Below are positions 49,365 to 56,591 of a stretch of DNA of 64,000 bases, piece after piece. The position numbers and the translations under genes were made by a program. Source of the DNA: Candidatus Latescibacterota bacterium (lineage in GTDB: Bacteria > Latescibacterota > UBA2968); assembly GCA_965207885.1 (NCBI GenBank), contig OZ242311.1, positions 1,536,001-1,600,000 of the forward strand. The letters are read 5' to 3'. The notes under the pieces were generated by a model, which searched no databases, had not been told where the DNA came from, and saw only the letters and a list, made by a program, of their open reading frames with translations. Each line of letters begins with the position of its first letter. Position 1 is the first letter of the stretch.

Positions 49365-49572
49365 CAATCCGTACATTGGTATTACCATTATCGATAAGGA
49401 AACCAAAGAGGATAAATTTTCGGTCATTATCGATGTGAAGACGGCAGAGGATGGGGCTATTGTGTATGACCCAAGAGATACTGAAAGACCAAAGAGATAC
49501 GATATTTCTATTACGGAGTACACGCCCGGTCCTGATGGCTTAGAAACTAAAGACATATTAAATACGTTTTGA
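49357..49572 (+). CDS. 71-aa hypothetical protein
   Basis: RBS AAGGAG; ATGCCTGA overlap with the upstream ORF; beta-rich, acidic sequence. Confidence 0.6.
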   Translation: MPDNPYIGITIIDKETKEDKFSVIIDVKTAEDGAIVYDPRDTERPKRYDISITEYTPGPDGLETKDILNTF

Positions 49573-49597
49573 TCTTTAACAAAAAACGTATTTATAT

Positions 49598-49851
49598 AAA
49601 AACCCCCACCATAATTGGTGGGGCATACGCATCAAGTTAAGGGTTGAACAAGAGGCAGTTCCCGAGGTATCTTACTGTTGACCAAGACAGTAAACATACC
49701 CAAGGAGCTGCCTCAATGTGTAAGTGGACTTGACCCGTTTTAGATGCTGTTGCCGAATTGGTCGAGAGGTAGTCAGCAGTTGTAAAAACGGCTGTTTGTG
49801 GCCTGAATACAAGCTCTGTATGGACAGAATTTGGAATTCGGCAACAGCATC
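49598..49851 (+). ncRNA. Candidate ~250-nt structured non-coding RNA
   Basis: Hairpin CCCCACCA/TGGTGGGG; nested stems GAGGCAGTTCC/GGAGCTGCCTC, GGTAT/ATACC, TTACTGT/ACAGTAA; perfect 17-bp stem 49743-49759/49835-49851 enclosing two hairpins; G-U wobbles favour the plus strand. Confidence 0.55.
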
Positions 49852-49915
49852 GTTTTAGTGGACAACTTATCTCTTTCGGCACTATTCTACATAGTCCCCA
49901 ATCTTTAATAGCTAT

Positions 49916-50134
49916 TTACGCAAACATCAAACGTCCTTTTGGCTCGGGAATGGGACGACCTAAATTTTTCGCCGTTTCAATCCATTCTTCGATAATGACA
50001 TCAACATTTTGCAATGCCTCATAATAAGTCGAACCATCTGCTGCACAGCCCGCAAGTTCCGGGACCTCAGCGATAAATGCCTCGTCTTCCTCACTCCAAT
50101 AAATGATGATTTCGTATTTGTGAATAGTAGTCAT
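49916..50134 (-). CDS. hicB: HicB family antitoxin (short form, orphan)
   Basis: KYEIIIYWSEED..FIAEVPEL.GC.ADG.TY.EAL...I.EWIETA...GRPIPEPKG. Confidence 0.9.
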   Translation of the reverse strand: MTTIHKYEIIIYWSEEDEAFIAEVPELAGCAADGSTYYEALQNVDVIIEEWIETAKNLGRPIPEPKGRLMFA

Positions 50135-50165
50135 TGGTTTGATTCCTGAAAAGAAGTGTTTTTGG

Positions 50166-50954
50166 TCAAACAGATTCGCCAAAAGCACTTTCTTTATAGT
50201 GTTTCTTATGTTCTTCATCTATCAGTTCTGTAGAAGATACATCCTCAAGAAGGGCATAATCCTCAACGAACTCTTTGAATTTTGCTCCTCGTTCGCTCAG
50301 ACAATTGTAAAAGAGAAGCCCCAATTCATAACTTGATAATTGTGCGCGGACGAGATTGGTATAGCGTTTTGTATCTTCTTCGAGAAGATCGCTATGATGA
50401 TCAACAAATTTGACAACATTGTACAGATGTCTAAAGTAATACCCCACAACTGGTTCATAGGGAATTAAAAAACTTTCATAAGTATCATTGAGAATCTTTG
50501 CTTCAGGAGTATTACTATTTGCAGCTTGTTGGATTTCGGGATAATGTTCTTCTTTCAAATCATTAAGCATTCTAATAAAGCACCCCCGTCCGTGTGCTCT
50601 ACCCTGAATCTCTATAGCATTAACAATATCATTATGCAGGCTAAGAAGTTGAAAAAAGGCATTTCCAAAATTCTGCTTTTGAAGTTGTTCTTTTTGGAGT
50701 GCGAGTTCCTGCTGCTGAACGTGTAGCGTCCAAATGAGAATAGCAAAAGCCAGTCCAGTAAACAAAGCGGTGACGAAGCCAAAAGAATCGCCCCATTGTC
50801 CCCTTTTTTCAACGTGAGGGACAAAATCTGGGAAAATCCATACTCCCCAAAGAATGAGCAAACCAGAGAGACCGACAAATATTCCCAAACCTTTCAAACC
50901 TGTTTTAATTTTTTTCCACCAGTCCATTTTCGATTTATCAGAATTTTTGTTCAT
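50166..50954 (-). CDS. Putative phage abortive infection protein (putAbiC-like)
   Basis: 2 TM, GQWGDSFG, FFQLL..H, GYYFRHLY..VKF, Y..LVRAQLS..EL.LLFYN. Confidence 0.82.
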   Translation of the reverse strand: MNKNSDKSKMDWWKKIKTGLKGLGIFVGLSGLLILWGVWIFPDFVPHVEKRGQWGDSFGFVTALFTGLAFAILIWTLHVQQQELALQKEQLQKQNFGNAFFQLLSLHNDIVNAIEIQGRAHGRGCFIRMLNDLKEEHYPEIQQAANSNTPEAKILNDTYESFLIPYEPVVGYYFRHLYNVVKFVDHHSDLLEEDTKRYTNLVRAQLSSYELGLLFYNCLSERGAKFKEFVEDYALLEDVSSTELIDEEHKKHYKESAFGESV

Positions 50955-50968
50955 GTAAACAATCGTTT

Positions 50969-53557
50969 CTATATTTGCTCGTGGTCATTTATTTTTAATG
51001 CCTGGTACAGGCTGTCCTTAAACTTATTTTCGTCTTCGTTGTTGTAAAACGGCACGCCTATCAAACGGTATTTCTCGTTCTCAAACGTCAAGGTTTGGCA
51101 GTCAAACTCAGAAGTGATCTCCTGTAAGAAGATTTCCTTCCAACGGTCACTCTCTTTCAGATGCTTGCCCTTGGGTTCGATAAACATCTGATAGGTAAGC
51201 ATATTTCCATCTTGTTCGCGCAGGAACAGAACAAAATCTGGCTCAAATGCCTGTCCATCGTCAAAATTGTAAATTTTGAAATGCCTCTCGTTTCGCAGCA
51301 GATATATCTCGTCGTAATTTTCTGTTAGCTTGCTCATCTGGCGGTCAAGCATTCGCACAAATGCCTTTTCTTCGCTTGTGCCGTAAACCGTATTGAAGGC
51401 AAACCAGTCTTTGGAAGATACGAAATGCGCGAATTGTGCGTCTTCTTCAGCCTGCGGGTTTTGAACGTCAAATTTTAACACTTTATCCTTGAAGATTTTA
51501 TGCACCCTATCGCGCCTGAAATCTCGCGAGCCTTCGTATTCGGTAATTTGTTGGCGAATTTCAGATTCAATTTGGTGCAACAGCCCACACACGGCTTCGC
51601 GTTGTTCAGCACGGTTGTCTTGCAGCGCAGACACCTGGCCTTCAAAGGTGATCTCCAGCCCCCCAAGATAATTTTCAGAACTAATGAATTCTCGAATAGA
51701 TGCTATATTGGGGAAATAGCGTTTGAGGGACGCGAACGTAAAGAACGGATTGCGTGCAATAGCAGATTGAACAATGTTCCGTCCGAAGTCTTTAACCTTC
51801 ATATCCCGACGGTTTTCGTCTTTTACCACTGTCCCCTGATGTTCGCTTGCCAAAACTGTTTGTGTGCCACCGTGACCTGTGGCGATGGTATGAACGTAGT
51901 TTTGCATCGTCACGCCTAAATCTTCAAAAGATTGTACCCTCTGATAATTTTTAGGGAGACGGTCATTGAGCCAGACCACACCATATTTGTAGAAATCGGT
52001 TTTCTTGAACGGGTCTTTGAGGTTCAGTTTGCGGGTCACTTCGCGCTCATCCATCATACCCTGTTCAACCAGCGCGGTACGAAGTTCGGAAATATAGCGG
52101 GAATCATGGATACTGTGATAATGCAACTCCTCCAGCACGCGCAGTTCATTTTCGAGGTCATCGTCAAATTTCCGACAGAAGCGGTCAGTGTTCTCAGATA
52201 AAACAAAAGGGAAATAACGCGCTCCGCGACCGATGAGTTGCGCTTCGGACATGGTTGTTCTCCCAATTCTATTCTTTCCCGAGTCACGCGCTTCGTAACA
52301 GCGAACAATGTCGAACAGATTCAGTACATCCCAACCCTCATTGAGTTTTTGTACAGCAAAAATAGCGCGGATGAGATTGTCCCGATCTTCGAGCGTGTTG
52401 ACCAGTATTTGGTAGTTCTCCTTCTCTTTTTCTGCGTTGACTGAGATACAGTAATCTTCCTGAAATGCTCGCTTCAAGCGTTCTGCCAACTGCGCGTCGA
52501 TGATATTATGATCATCAAAGAATTGAAATGCCCGCTGAACAAGGGGAATATCTGACCTGCGAACGCGAGCAATCTGTCCTGCAGTGAGACCATCAACAAG
52601 CGTATGAAAGTTGGCCTTATTCTCTTGCGATTGTGCAATCGTACGCTGTGCTTTGAACAAAATCACGGGTTTGAGGTTGATCTGATATTTCGCCGCCACT
52701 TCCTGCTTGTACTGGCTCAAAATCAGAGCTTGCAGGATGCGCTCATTCAGGTCGAAGTCGGATTGCACAATGACCACATCTTTTGAAAAACGGTCGTTGC
52801 GGAATTGCAGCAAGTCATAGCGATATAACACCTTGTTGCGGTATTTTTCCACCATCGCAGGCGTCTCGTAATCGTGCGTGGCGGTAAATTCCAGTAGCAG
52901 GTTGTCTTCATTCTGAGAGAAAATGCGCTCGACGGTATTTTCCCAACTCTCGAACATCTCCCGCTGAGACTTGGTCGTAACGTTCATGTGATGGGCTTCA
53001 TCGGCAATCAACACAACCTGGTGTTTGCGGAAGTCTTCAAAAGTAATGGCATTTTCTTTTTCAGTGGTCAGATCGGAGTGTAGTTTTTGAATGGTGGTAA
53101 AACAGATATTGATATCGTTGGGATTAACCGACTCAAAGTTCTCCACTGTCGAGATCCGCACGGAGCGGTTGGCGATGTGAATGTCCGTGTTGAACAGGTA
53201 TTTAATACTGGCAGGGTTGAGGAAATTGTCCCGCGTCTTTTCGATGATATTGGTAGAATTGACAAAAAAGAGAAAGTTTCGATAGCCCTTTTCATACAAG
53301 TAGAGAATCAGCCCCGCCATGATAAGCGTCTTGCCACTGCCTGTCGCCATGTTAAACAAAAAATGCAGTGGTCGTTCCTTGCCGGGAAACTCGTTATCAA
53401 GACAGTGGAAGAAACGGGCAAACGCCTCTTCTTGATAAGGGCGAAGTTCAAATTTGGGATTCAGATTGTCTTTGAGGTAGGGAGGGATTTCATTTGAGAG
53501 AAATCCCATTTGGGAAACAGCATTAAGCGTCTCATATAAGAACTTATCTGCCATCAT
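50969..53557 (-). CDS. res: Type III restriction endonuclease Res subunit
   Basis: LRPYQ, MATGSGKT, DEAHH, LEFTAT, KLNEGWDVLNLFDIVR, QLIGRGAR, C-terminal FEPDF...FIEPKG nuclease motif. Confidence 0.93.
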   Translation of the reverse strand: MMADKFLYETLNAVSQMGFLSNEIPPYLKDNLNPKFELRPYQEEAFARFFHCLDNEFPGKERPLHFLFNMATGSGKTLIMAGLILYLYEKGYRNFLFFVNSTNIIEKTRDNFLNPASIKYLFNTDIHIANRSVRISTVENFESVNPNDINICFTTIQKLHSDLTTEKENAITFEDFRKHQVVLIADEAHHMNVTTKSQREMFESWENTVERIFSQNEDNLLLEFTATHDYETPAMVEKYRNKVLYRYDLLQFRNDRFSKDVVIVQSDFDLNERILQALILSQYKQEVAAKYQINLKPVILFKAQRTIAQSQENKANFHTLVDGLTAGQIARVRRSDIPLVQRAFQFFDDHNIIDAQLAERLKRAFQEDYCISVNAEKEKENYQILVNTLEDRDNLIRAIFAVQKLNEGWDVLNLFDIVRCYEARDSGKNRIGRTTMSEAQLIGRGARYFPFVLSENTDRFCRKFDDDLENELRVLEELHYHSIHDSRYISELRTALVEQGMMDEREVTRKLNLKDPFKKTDFYKYGVVWLNDRLPKNYQRVQSFEDLGVTMQNYVHTIATGHGGTQTVLASEHQGTVVKDENRRDMKVKDFGRNIVQSAIARNPFFTFASLKRYFPNIASIREFISSENYLGGLEITFEGQVSALQDNRAEQREAVCGLLHQIESEIRQQITEYEGSRDFRRDRVHKIFKDKVLKFDVQNPQAEEDAQFAHFVSSKDWFAFNTVYGTSEEKAFVRMLDRQMSKLTENYDEIYLLRNERHFKIYNFDDGQAFEPDFVLFLREQDGNMLTYQMFIEPKGKHLKESDRWKEIFLQEITSEFDCQTLTFENEKYRLIGVPFYNNEDENKFKDSLYQALKINDHEQI

Positions 53558-53559
53558 AT

Positions 53560-53820
53560 CTAATCTCTGTACACTTCTCGCCGATGCCGGACCCGATAGA
53601 CTTCAATCTCCCGCTTTTTTCGGTCAACAGCATAGACGACGCGATAATCGCCCACGCGCAGTCTGAACTGGCCTTGCTTCGGTCCAGTGAGTGCCGTCAG
53701 TTTGGTAGCCTCAAAGTTCTCGGCTAACCACCGCAGTTTTCCAATTACGCGCTGTGCTGTTGCCCTACCCAAACGTCGTACATCAGATTGAGCACGATCC
53801 GAAAATACCACATCATACAT
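53560..53820 (-). CDS. relE: RelE/ParE family toxin
   Basis: ATG in TAATG overlap with the mod stop; MYDVVFS..A..D...L, L.G...G.FRLRVGDYRVVY, V.HRREVY. Confidence 0.92.
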   Translation of the reverse strand: MYDVVFSDRAQSDVRRLGRATAQRVIGKLRWLAENFEATKLTALTGPKQGQFRLRVGDYRVVYAVDRKKREIEVYRVRHRREVYRD

Positions 53821-55904
53821 TACCAATTAAGCCCCAATTCTTCGGCGACTTTCTCGGCAGGGATAGTCTTTCCACCGGCTTCCACATCGGCGATGGTCTG
53901 CTGGAGTTCTGCGACAAATTCGTCGCGCAATTCCAAACCCTCGTCGGGATCCTGTCCGTAGAACTCCTCGTTTAATTCCTTGTCTTCCGCGCTTATGCCA
54001 AATTCCTCGTCGTCAATTTCTGAAAAATTGACATAGAGTTGGTTCTTATCCAGCAGTTCCGCGAGCAGTTTTTTTTGTTTCTTCAGTCCATTTTCGCCTT
54101 CGCCGATGGCGATGAAAGTATCAACCGCATCTTCCGGGACTTCAGGGTTCACATACCAGTTCAAAAATGAGTTTTCTGCAATATCTCGCCAGAGTTTTAC
54201 AAGCTCTTCAGAGGATTGCGCGGCTTGAATTTTACCCATATAGGCTTCGTTGTATTGCATCAGTTCACAATAGACAAAGTCGCCACCGCCCTGCCAGTCG
54301 ACGGATTCAGAGATGCCACCAGTGTCATATTCAATTTCTTCTGGTAGCTTGTCCTCCTGCCCTAATTTTTTGCCGACAACTTTTTTTACCCGTTCAACGG
54401 GTATGGTTTCCATATAATCCATCTGTTCAACAGTAATCCATTGTCGATGCATCTTGTGAGCAACTGCGGCAGTGGTGCCGGAGCCGGCGAAGAAGTCGAG
54501 AATAAGATCGCCTTCATTTGTAGACATCTCAATGATTTGTTTAATTAATCCTTCCGGTTTTGGAGTGTCAAAGATATTTACACTACCAAACAGACTTTGA
54601 ATTTCACTGGTTCCCTTATTTCCTAAAGGAATATCATCCCATATCGTTCCATAAGGGACTCCCTCTTTTACATCACAAAGAAATCTTTTTAATTTTGGAC
54701 GGCCTTTTCCATCTTTACCAAAATAAATCTCTTTATTTGCCAATAATGTCTCGATTTTCTCTTTATTGAAACGCCAATTGCCTTTTGATGAAGGATAATG
54801 CTGTTTTCCTGTCTCGGGATTCACGATTGGAAAATAGAGAGACTTTACATATCTGCCTCCCTTTACATTCGCCATCAAATTATCCGGAGCCCATACACCT
54901 TTAGGATGGTTGTCCGGGTTTTTATACCTTGAAAGTTGTTGTTCGGTTCTCTGTCTTCGGTTCAAGACTCTTTCCAGCGTTCCATTTTTGCAGAAGGACA
55001 GAACAAATTCATGAGTTGCTCCAATTTTTTTGTCATTTGGTGCACTCCCTCTTTTTTTCCAAATAATTTGTTGATAGTTCTCCTCAGAACAATTGAAAAT
55101 TTCATCACAAAGTATCTTCAAGTAAGGTTGCTCCTTATCTGTTATCTGTATAAACAACAAACCACCATTCATAAGTAAATCAGACGCAATTTGTAAACGA
55201 TTCTTCATGAAGGTAAGCCATGAAGAATGATTAAAATTGTCATTATATTTGAATCCATCTTTTCCTGTGTTATACGGTGGATCAATATAAATCAGCTTTA
55301 CCTTGCCCTGGAATTGCTTTTTAAGCGTATGCAAAGCCAGGAGATTATTGCCCTTTATAATTAGGTTTTCACGGATGGTACCGCGCTCATCACGCCTCAA
55401 CCCCATCACGTCCTCTTCGCCATCCACCGTATAGCGTTTCCAGTTGGTCAATACCTTTGGATCAAATAGCCGGTCAATTTCGTCCTGTGCCAGAATTTCA
55501 TTAAAAAAAATCTCCATACGCTTTTCTTCATGCTTGGTTTGTCCGCCCTCCAATACGCAGTCCTTGTACGGCCATACCAGAGACACTTCACCTCGCTCCC
55601 GCAGAAACTTATCGTCGATATTCAAACCAATCCTGTTGCGGAATCGGGTGTATGAGTCGGCGAGAAAGTTCTTATCGGAAACGTATTCAATGAAGGCGTT
55701 GAGATTGAAAATCCAGTGGCCTTCGATCTCGTCAAAGAATTTTGTCTTGATTTCCGCATCACCAAGCAGCAGTCTCACAAGGTCATGGTCAATCTTCCAG
55801 GCTCGATCTGTCACCGCCGCTTTGACCAACTCGCCTTCGTCGTCAATGAAACGGGCGTCGGTTTTGAGCAATTCGATCAATTTTTCGTTAAAGTTTTTTA
55901 GCAT
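53820..55904 (-). CDS. mod: Type III R-M DNA adenine methyltransferase Mod, with C-terminal antitoxin-like extension
   Basis: Likely start MLKNFNEK at 55904; NLIIKGNNL, IYIDPPY, TPKPE, DFFAGSGTT; extra 44-aa tail QDPDEGLELR...AEELGLNW. Confidence 0.92.
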   Translation of the reverse strand: MLKNFNEKLIELLKTDARFIDDEGELVKAAVTDRAWKIDHDLVRLLLGDAEIKTKFFDEIEGHWIFNLNAFIEYVSDKNFLADSYTRFRNRIGLNIDDKFLRERGEVSLVWPYKDCVLEGGQTKHEEKRMEIFFNEILAQDEIDRLFDPKVLTNWKRYTVDGEEDVMGLRRDERGTIRENLIIKGNNLLALHTLKKQFQGKVKLIYIDPPYNTGKDGFKYNDNFNHSSWLTFMKNRLQIASDLLMNGGLLFIQITDKEQPYLKILCDEIFNCSEENYQQIIWKKRGSAPNDKKIGATHEFVLSFCKNGTLERVLNRRQRTEQQLSRYKNPDNHPKGVWAPDNLMANVKGGRYVKSLYFPIVNPETGKQHYPSSKGNWRFNKEKIETLLANKEIYFGKDGKGRPKLKRFLCDVKEGVPYGTIWDDIPLGNKGTSEIQSLFGSVNIFDTPKPEGLIKQIIEMSTNEGDLILDFFAGSGTTAAVAHKMHRQWITVEQMDYMETIPVERVKKVVGKKLGQEDKLPEEIEYDTGGISESVDWQGGGDFVYCELMQYNEAYMGKIQAAQSSEELVKLWRDIAENSFLNWYVNPEVPEDAVDTFIAIGEGENGLKKQKKLLAELLDKNQLYVNFSEIDDEEFGISAEDKELNEEFYGQDPDEGLELRDEFVAELQQTIADVEAGGKTIPAEKVAEELGLNW

Positions 55905-56044
55905 GGTACAATCCTTAAAGTGGAAGGATAGGCAACCTGTGGACACGGATGCGGTCACGCCAGCGCGGATACTTGATCTTTAGCATGTCCAATCGCCGGA
56001 CATTGAAGGCGATTTCGTTGGTCTTGGAAATGGTCTGAGAAAGG

Positions 56045-56590
56045 TCAGTCTATTTGAATGACATCATCCGAAAGTTTTCGATCCAACTCAGGTGACGGAA
56101 TAATATCGACCTCAGTCAGCATCTCTTTCTTCAATGTACTTTTTAGAAAATTTCGCAACTTGTCTCTCAGGTGGTCCAGCAGAACAGAAGAATCCGGCGA
56201 ATCCGTAGTCGTTATAAGCCAGTAGTGAAATTGATGCTCTGGCAGAAACGCTTTTACTCGTGCCCACCAACTGGACAGACGACAAAGGACCAACATGGAA
56301 CCGTAAAGTTTAAGGCGGTGCTCTCTGAGAACATCTTCGTAAAGCAAGGCAGTTTGATCTTCGTCATTAAGGTAGCCATGTCTTTGTTTGAAAGCAACGA
56401 TCGTCTGCCCTAAATCGGTTTCCTCAATCAAAACGACGCTTTGTCCATCCTTGCTGACCGTCACATAGTCGCAGCACTCACAGGTCCCAAGCCCGGCAGC
56501 GTGGCGCATGTCGTTTGCTGTGTTGTCCATCCGATATGCTGTGAAGCCGCTGGCAGACTCAATTTCCTCAGCAAATTGTGATAAGCGCAT
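56045..56590 (-). CDS. Hypothetical protein paired with the AAA ATPase; possible PD-(D/E)xK-like nuclease
   Basis: Starts 1 nt after the ATPase stop; CECCDY...VVLIEET acidic motif; KL.GS. Confidence 0.65.
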   Translation of the reverse strand: MRLSQFAEEIESASGFTAYRMDNTANDMRHAAGLGTCECCDYVTVSKDGQSVVLIEETDLGQTIVAFKQRHGYLNDEDQTALLYEDVLREHRLKLYGSMLVLCRLSSWWARVKAFLPEHQFHYWLITTTDSPDSSVLLDHLRDKLRNFLKSTLKKEMLTEVDIIPSPELDRKLSDDVIQID

Positions 56591-56591
56591 T

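Larger units (their letters stand above)
48272..49898. mobile_element. Non-autonomous 1627-bp cassette bounded by perfect 25-bp inverted repeats (possibly IS1595-family-derived)
   Basis: GGGACTATGTAGAATAGTGCCGAAA (48272-48296) and its exact reverse complement (49874-49898); AT-rich interior; no transposase; no adjacent target-site duplication seen. Confidence 0.75.

Noticed and set aside
49743-49851. Retron msr-msd interpretation of the 17-bp inverted repeat (a G follows the 5' arm; a 2-TM gene is nearby)
   Set aside because: Only 75 nt are enclosed, short for msr plus msd, and no reverse transcriptase is in the window.
49637-49882. 81-aa minus-strand ORF as a transposase remnant
   Set aside because: No recognisable DDE, HUH or zinc-ribbon motif; the region is better explained by plus-strand RNA structure.
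49885-49898. ATAGTCC resembling the group I intron S element
   Set aside because: It is part of the terminal inverted repeat; no matching R element or intron core, and no interrupted gene.
55503-55510. A8 tract in mod as a phase-variation site
   Set aside because: Short, in frame and encodes ordinary IFFN; no longer simple-sequence repeat is present in mod.
55985-56014. Possible pseudoknot (ATGTCC/GGACAT and AATCGCC/GGCGATT)
   Set aside because: Zero-length loops make it sterically implausible on the transcribed strand; stems this short can arise by chance.
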